The notes under the pieces: model-generated
What the model was told of the DNA's origin: nothing
The model's database searches: none
What the model saw: only the letters and a program-made list of their open reading frames with translations
Position numbers and translations under genes: made by a program
Shown: in pieces, positions 56,751 through 64,000 of the stretch
How positions within the stretch are numbered: position 1 is the stretch's first letter
Layout: each line of letters starts with the position of its first letter
Source of the DNA: the human T2T-CHM13v2.0 reference genome, Homo sapiens
Assembly: GCF_009914755.1 (NCBI RefSeq)
Contig: NC_060933.1
Length of the DNA stretch: 64,000 nucleotides
Reading direction: 5' to 3' (one strand)

Positions 56751-58182
56751 TACTTTTTTGGACCTTGTCCAGCTTGATCTTCCTGTCTTCTTGCAACACT
56801 TGCAACCACTTTCTTCAATCTTCATCATCATCGTCACCATTATTTTCATAGCTACCATTTATTAAGTACCTAACTCGATATCACATAGCAAAAAAATGAC
56901 AGAAATACATGTCAAATCCAAGTTATTTAGGATCGAAGCCTACTGCTCTGTTCTTTCCCCTTCCAAAAACATTCTTTTTCTTTGCCTTTGTTGATCCCAT
57001 GCCCTCCTATTTTTCTTTTATCTTTTATCTACATTTTCTCGGTATCCTTCGAAGGCTGTTTTTTTTTCTTCTCATTCACATTCTGCCCTCTGCCTTCTCC
57101 TGTTTTTCAAGAAAGTCATCCCTCACCCTGGCTACCCTCGTTTATTACCATGATTCCAATCACTATTATCTGTTGACAGTTTCTATATCAATCTCTCCTG
57201 AGCTTTGGACTCTACAGAGCCAGCTAGCCATCTGCCAGCCGTCTCCACTGGGTGATACACGAGATCCTCACAAACACAGAACCAAGCTCATCAACTTCTC
57301 CCCAAATCTCCCCCATTCTGTGTTTGCCACCTAAATAAATGGCACAAATCAGAAACCCAAACTTTTCCCACTCCCAATGTTTGCTGCTATGAGAAAGAAG
57401 CCCAGCATCTCTCCACCCGTAACTCACGCCCGCCCTGGGGCACAAAGCTTATGAGTACAGACTCCTCTCTCCTTTCTCTTGGAAGCAAGTGGCCTCCAGG
57501 GACAAACCGTCCCATCCATGCTGCAAGATAAAGAGGTCTTCCGGATTCTAAGGTTCAGTATAAGGAAGCACCCGTGGCTGAGATGTAAGCCACATTCTCC
57601 TGCCTCTGTTATAGTTGTAATAAAAGTGCTATTTTTCTTTCTATGTTGCTCACCCCTTGCTTTATTTTCCAGTTGGTTAAAAACTTGGGCAGGAGGAAGT
57701 TGCTATTTACTAAGCCTATTCAAACCCCCTACAGCTGACAGTCACCTCAAATTTTGCCTCTCCTCCCATCAAATGCATCGGCAAGTCTCATTGAGTTGAA
57801 CTTGGGAATAGTCATGAGTCCTCTCCCTGTTCTCCACCTTAATTGATATCCCACCTGGATTATTGAGACAGCATCCCTCCAGCTTCCTGGCCTCTGTATG
57901 TTCCTCTCCTTTCCCAAGCTCCCCCTCCACACTGCCCAGAGTGGTCTTCCCAAAGCAGAACCGTAGACATGGCCACTCATTTTCTGATATGAAGCCCCAA
58001 CTCCCAATGGTGGCTTATAAGAAATTTGAGGACGGTGGAGCATATTGGATAGCAAGAATGGACTTAGTTGTTGAAAATAGTTGTGTGAACTTACCAAAAG
58101 TGGCACCTCTGTCTATCATCTGGAATCTAAGATAAATACCTAGCATGTACTAGGCACTCAATAAAACTTTGCTAGACAAATA

Positions 58183-58611
58183 AGCCCAAATGCCCATCAA
58201 TCAATGAATGGATAAAGAAACTGTGGTATATACATACGATGGAATACTACTCAGCCATAAAAAGGGAATGAATTAATGGCATTCACAGCAATCTGGTTAG
58301 GATTGGAGACTATTATGCTAAGCAAAGTAATTCAGGAATGGAAACCAAACGTTGTATGTTCTCACTCATAAGTGACAGCTAAGCTATGAGGATGCAAAGG
58401 CATAATAATGATATAATGGACTCTGGGGACTTGAGGGGAAAGAGTGGGAAGGGGGTGAGGGATAAAAGACTACACATTGGGTTCAGTGTATACTGCTCGG
58501 GTGATGAGTGCACCAAAATCTCACAAATCACCACTAAAGAACTTACTCATATAACCAAATACCACCTGTTTCCCAAAAACCTATGGAAATAGAAAATTTA
58601 AAAAAAAAAAA
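58183..58611 (+). mobile_element. L1PB1-like 3' end
   Basis: ctaagctatgaggatgcaaaggcata...gggataaaagactacacattggg; flanked by agacaaataa TSD. Confidence 0.88.
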
Positions 58612-59410
58612 TTGTCAGACAAATAATTGTTTCATTTGAAAGAATATTGAATTTGGATTCAGAAGCCCTTGAGTCAAGTCTCAGGTTTGCCAATTACCAG
58701 CTTTTTAATCCTAGAGAAGTCCCTTTTCCTTTGGGAGCCTCACCTCATCTGTAGAATGGGAACTACATTACCTACCTGATAAGGTCATGAAGCTTGATTG
58801 AAATACAGAAAAGCATTTTATCAACTAATTTTATACAATATGAAATTTAAGGCTCTGCCTCTATCTCTGGGGTCTTCTAGACCAATTCACATTTGTCATT
58901 GATGCATTAGATTCAGAAATTTTAATATGAGCTTAAACATCAAAACTCATGTTTCTAAAGAACCTACTTCACTTAAAAGCCATCATCCTCTCTCATTTTA
59001 ATCATAGGAGAGGCATGAAGAAAATCAATTTTTATTTGAAAACTGCCTTCGAAACTGCTGCAGCTTTGTTCTCAATCAGGAGTTTATAATGATGCAACTC
59101 AACTTCTGTTTGTGTACTTGATTTGATGCTGGTGTGTGTATGGGTTGCATATATTTGACTTTTATGATATTTTTATGTTTGCAAATAGCATTCTTTAACC
59201 TGAAATATCTCTCAGTTTAAATGCCAGTTGTTAAATACACAAGATGGCCAATCAATTTTTTCCATACTTATGGTCAATTCTTGGTTTCATGTGAACACTG
59301 AGAGTAGTCAGAGAGAAATCAAAGAAGCCAAGAGAATCAGATCTGAGGGAGAAGTGGCCTCAAAGAGCATCTCCAGTGTAGCCACTTTATTTAACAGATG
59401 GGAAATCGAC

Positions 59411-59698
59411 AGCTGGGTGCAGTGGACAGCTCATGCCTGTAATCCCAGCACTTTGGGAGACCGAGGCAGGCAGATCACTTGAAGTCAGGAGTTCAAGACC
59501 AGCCTGGCCAACATGGTGAAACCCCGTCTCTACAAAAAATACAAAAGTTAGCCAGACATGGTGGCACACACCTGTAATCCCAGCCACTCAGGAGGCTGAG
59601 GCACGAGAATTGCTTGAACCCAGGAGGTGGAGGTTGCAGTGAGCCAAAATCATACCCCACTGCACTCCAGCCTGAGCAACAGAAAGAGACTCTGTCTC

Positions 59699-59744
<46 letters not shown>
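59411..59744 (+). mobile_element. AluS with 45-nt pure A tail, inserted in a MIR
   Basis: Full dimer; TSD aacagatgggaaa on both sides. Confidence 0.92.
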
Positions 59745-59745
<1 letters not shown>

Positions 59746-60329
59746 AGATGGGAAACTGAGGCTCTGTGAGGAAAAGGGACTTAGCCAAGATCACACAGCT
59801 AATGAGAGAGACAGAACCTGGATGAAATCGCAGCACTTCTGCTTCCTCCTGCCCAACCCGTGTCCCCTTGCTTCCCCAGAGACATGAGCCAGTATGTGGT
59901 ATGAGTCACAAAGACCGAAGCACTTGTCACCAACTTAGAGGCGGAAACGGGGAGGTACAAAGCAGGCAGCCACCATGCCAGCAGGACCAAGCACCCACAA
60001 AGCAACATCTTTGTTTTATTTTGAGAGAATTCATAGGCAATTGACATTTCTATATTTCAGTATAGGAACATGATCTCATCCAAAAGAGAAACAAAGTCAA
60101 TCTTTTCTTTATCTGAGGCTTTGGATTATTTTTACCATCGCTTTCCATCCTGATAATGAAGCTCACTAAGCGTAGGCCTTGGAGTCAGACAGACTCAGCA
60201 CCAGGACCTTGGGCAAGTGGCTTCGTGTCTCTGAGCCTCAAGTTCTCTGTCCTTAAAATAAGGATAAAAATACCTCCTTCAGAAGGTAGTTGTGAGAATT
60301 TAAAAGTTTCTCCTTTAGGAACCAGCTTA

Positions 60330-60990
60330 GAATAAGGACGACTCAGTAAATATTGGCCACCCTTTCTGCCTGACTCCCCCCCTATTTATAAAGTTTGGAA
60401 AAGAAAGTGCCTTATATGTTGCGAAAAATGATGCCACAAAGCAAGTCAATGGTGGGGAGAGAACAATAGCTCCCGGAAGGAATGGTGCTAGTAATGGACC
60501 ACCGCACCCATAATATTCTGCAAGTGCTCCCCTACCCCATTCTTGCATTACAAAAAAAATTTAATTCCATTTATTGGTCAACTTTTCCCATGAGGACACA
60601 TCCTTAATTTAATCATGTAAATCAATGAGAAAATCTAATTCACTTTAGAGAAATTTGCTTCAAGGCTAGCCTTATGGGAATGAATCTGTTCCTTAAAGTG
60701 TATCCATAGCAAGTGACGTGTGTCTTTATCACAGTTACAAAGGGATATAAATTAATCTCTAGCCCATTTTAGAAAATAGAGAGTTGATTAAATAAATGGT
60801 GGCTCTAGTGATCCAAATGATCTGTCATTTTTAAACATTTCAAGCACCAGTTTTAATGTTAAATTTGAGCTTTTTACAACTGTAGATGCCATTTGCTTCT
60901 TTAATATCCAATTTGCCTGATTAACACTATATTAGCTCCAAATATATAATTTATTATTGTTCCTCTTTTTATTTGCCTGATGCTTGTTCC
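60330..60990. promoter_or_regulatory. Candidate conserved non-coding element
   Basis: Repeat-free, AT-rich, dense TAAT; PBX-HOX-like gtaaatca 60617-60624; ctgtca 60822. Confidence 0.4.
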
Positions 60991-61596
60991 AAAGCTTGTC
61001 TAGCTTAGGTTTGTGGAGCACTCCCTGAATGGGGAAAGGATGGCTCCCTTCCAAACCTGAGTGTCTCCTCCAGATGGGCAACCCTCGTGCTGTGTCATTG
61101 TCCTCCCAGGGAAGCCACCACCTGCCCAGTCTGTGGATTTATCGTGTGGATCAACTAAGAGGTTGGATGTGAAGGGGTGGTACAGTAGCCCATACATATT
61201 GTCCTTATACCCAACAGTGAAGGACAGGTAAATGAATAATTAATTCCATCCATAAACCTCTACTTTGAGGGTCAGGCCTCTAAAAGTAACAAAACAGGGA
61301 CCACTCAGATTCATTCTTAGCCTTAAGGAACTCATCATCTACTGCAGCAGATAGGCAAGTGAACACATGCTTGTCATCTAGCACCATATGTGCTCTGATT
61401 ACAGGATCCCAGAGGAGGTGCCTTTGACCCACACTTGGAATGAAGGAGGGCTTCTTGGAGGAGGTGAGTTTTAAAGGACATGTAGGAGTTAACCAGCCAG
61501 AAGAAGGTATCAATTAAAGGCAACATATTTGATTATACACTCCATTATGCACTTGGCCATGAGGAATGCAAGAAAAGGAAAAGACATTTCCATTAC

Positions 61597-62100
61597 TGTG
61601 TCAGTCTGAAATCCTGTCAGGAAAATGGACTTGACAGGGGTGCGACAGGAATAAAGGGTTTAATATGGGGATTAGCACTTACACACATATGCAAGGAGCT
61701 GGGAAAATAGAGGGGTAGAAGGAAAAGGGCTGGAGGATCAGAGTAATAGTCCCATAAGATTTCAGCCCCAAATGCTGGAATAGCTAGAGGAGCCAGAGCT
61801 CACGGGAAAGTCTAAGAAGCCACTACATTTAGGGGCCAAAGTGAGGTCCCAAAGTGAGGACTCCAGGAGAGGAGCTCCCATAACAGGACCATCATGAGAA
61901 TAATTGCTTCTGCTTTGCCATCTAAAGCATCTGCAGGTTCCTCTCATCAGCCAACTCTAACCTGGAACCCTACAGAGAAAAAGATTCTGGGAAACAAAGT
62001 TCTCAGCAGTGGATGGGAATGGGAACGTTGCCAAGTTCCTGCACACTACCCTTGGAGAGTCCCAGTCCAAGGTAGAGGTGGCATTAGTCAAATCATCACA
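61597..62100 (-). mobile_element. Old ERVL-class LTR (MLT2-like)
   Basis: tgtgtcagt...ccaactctaacctggaaccctacagagaaaaagattctgggaaacaaagttc...catcaca. Confidence 0.55.
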
Positions 62101-62559
62101 GCAACATACATACAAGCTGTGAAAAGTATTGGGACAGTATAGACTGGGGGTCTGATTCACCTGGGAGATGTGGGAAGCCTTCCTCTGGGAACTCATGATT
62201 GAGCTTGGATCTGATGGATGGAGAGATGATGCAAAATGGGCTCTAAACATCACACCACCATTTCTCTCTTAGGCTCATCCACCAACGCAGATGGTCCTTC
62301 CTTCCATCATGGTTCAAGGAAAGATCTGTCCAAGTCTCCCCAACAGCCAAAGGAAAGGTTTATTGCTCTGGGGACAAAAGGTGAACCCAGCTTAAAGAAA
62401 TATCCTGACCTTGGGAGTCATAAATAAAAGCCCTGAGCCAGGGCTCAAAAGTATCTGAGGGAGGGTTTCAGCCAATGAGGACTTCATCCTTAAGTGCACA
62501 CCTGAACTAAAGAATAGTTTGGGGCTCTGAGCTGACCTGGCCCTGGGGCCCCTCCTTTC

Positions 62560-62930
62560 CCAGTGCTGCAGCAAATGGATGAAAAATTGTATCATTAAAC
62601 TCTTTGATGTTCTCCTGTCTAATTGAACCTGTGAAATTTCCTAAGGTTATCCAGCCTCCAAAAATTCAATTTTCCATGTAACGCATGGTGACGTGTCAAT
62701 AAATCATGCTGTAAAATAAATGCGCAGATTCTTTTGTGCAGGAGCGAGTGAGGAATAAACCTTTCGTAATTGATAAATAATGTCATTGGAATCAATAGCT
62801 GGCAGAGGAGTTGGAGGAGTAAGCCTGAATCCTGTATGAGTGCTCCGGGGTGATCAATGCCTTTGAAACAGCCAGGAGCTCGGGAGCCAAGTGTATAAAT
62901 TACTGCCTTAATATTACAGCAGGGCCCAAA
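62560..62930. promoter_or_regulatory. Candidate conserved non-coding element
   Basis: TCF/LEF ctttgat 62602-62608; composite tgtcaataaatca 62694-62706 (TGATTTAT+TGACA on minus strand); retained CpGs. Confidence 0.45.
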
Positions 62931-63455
62931 AATTAAAAGATGGGTACATTGCTAAGTACTGTTGAGATGGGAAGATGAGTCTGGGATGTGGGTAGTGTGA
63001 GTTCTTTCATGGGCACCTTTTGGAGGGCTTGTGGGGTCCCTGCAGAATGGAGATGAGAGCAGATTGTGCAATCTGGGACTTCGGATGGAGACAGCATGAA
63101 TCCAGCTCTGGTCATTCCTGCCAACATCCTATGTTGGCAGCAAAGGAAGTGAGCTGCCACAGACACTACTTAGGAAAATGGCCCAGCTGCCCTCAGAGGC
63201 CTCAATACCAGGAGCCAGTGCTGACATACAAAGTGAAGGACAAGCCTGGGAATCATTGGATCAGGTTCCAAGTGGCAGCCACAGACCCTGCTAGACCAAG
63301 AGGAAGGGTCACTATGCAGTGGTCAGGAGCACTAGCTTGAGTCAGACTGCTCAGCTCTGCCACCAGCTGTGTGACTCTAAGCAAGTTACTTAACCTCCTT
63401 GTGCCCCATTCTTCTCCTCTGTAAAACAGAAGGCAATAATGCCAACTTCACTGAC

Positions 63456-64000
63456 TTTTTTAAAATTATTATTTCTTCTTAAAAAAAAAGGGATACATGT
63501 GGAGAACGTGCAGGTTTGTTACATAGGTATATGGATACCATAGTAGTTTGCTGTGCCTATTGACCCATCCTCTAAGTTCCCTCCCCTCACCCTCCACCCC
63601 ACAACAGGCCCTGGTGTGTATTGTTCCCTTCTCTGTGTCCATGTGTTGTCAATGTTCAACTCCCACTTTTGAGTGAGAACATGCAGTGTTTGGTTTTCTG
63701 TTCCTGTGTTAGTTTGCTGACAATGATGGCTTCCAGCTTCATCCATGTTGCTGCAAAGAACATTATCTCATTCCTTTTTATGGCTGCATAGTATTCCATG
63801 GTATATATGTACCACATTTTCTTTATCCAATCTATCATTGATGGGCATTCGGGTTGGTTCCATATCTTTGCTATTGTAAATAGTGCTGCAATAAATATAC
63901 GTGTACATGTGTCTTTAAAATAGAATGATTTATATTCCTTTGGGTATATACCCAGTAATGGGATCCCTGGGTCAAATGGTATTTCTGGTTCTAGATCCTT
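63456..64000 (-). mobile_element. L1PA8-like 3' end (runs off window)
   Basis: tattgacccatcctctaagttccctcccctcacc...caacaggccc 3'UTR; ORF2 C-terminal peptide at 63656-63838. Confidence 0.88.

Noticed and set aside
56676-60640. Shared 14-mer gagaaaatctaatt in two candidate CNEs
   Set aside because: No extension on either side; expected by chance in AT-rich sequence of this length.

Overview
Primate genomic DNA, very probably human or another ape/catarrhine (AluJ/S/Y, L1PA4/L1PA8, THE1/MST LTRs, MADE1). I found no host protein-coding exon, RNA gene or CpG island, so it reads as a gene desert or large intron. The long ORFs are L1 ORF2 fragments, MaLR internal remnants or chance ORFs in repeats. 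Much of the window is interspersed repeat, including two full-length MaLR proviruses, a 5'-inverted (twin-primed) L1PA4 and several nested insertions with readable target-site duplications (TSDs). The unique sequence holds several islands rich in homeodomain motifs that look like conserved non-coding elements. The standout is a pair of paralogous 134-bp non-repeat elements 4,419 bp apart (37844-37977 and 42263-42396). They align without gaps, with about 95% identity in five motif blocks (MEIS/TGIF and twin K50 GGATTA sites) and about 32% in the spacers. That pattern fits an anciently duplicated enhancer under selection for fixed spacing. Repeat subfamilies were assigned by eye from remembered consensus features, and boundaries of old repeats are approximate.
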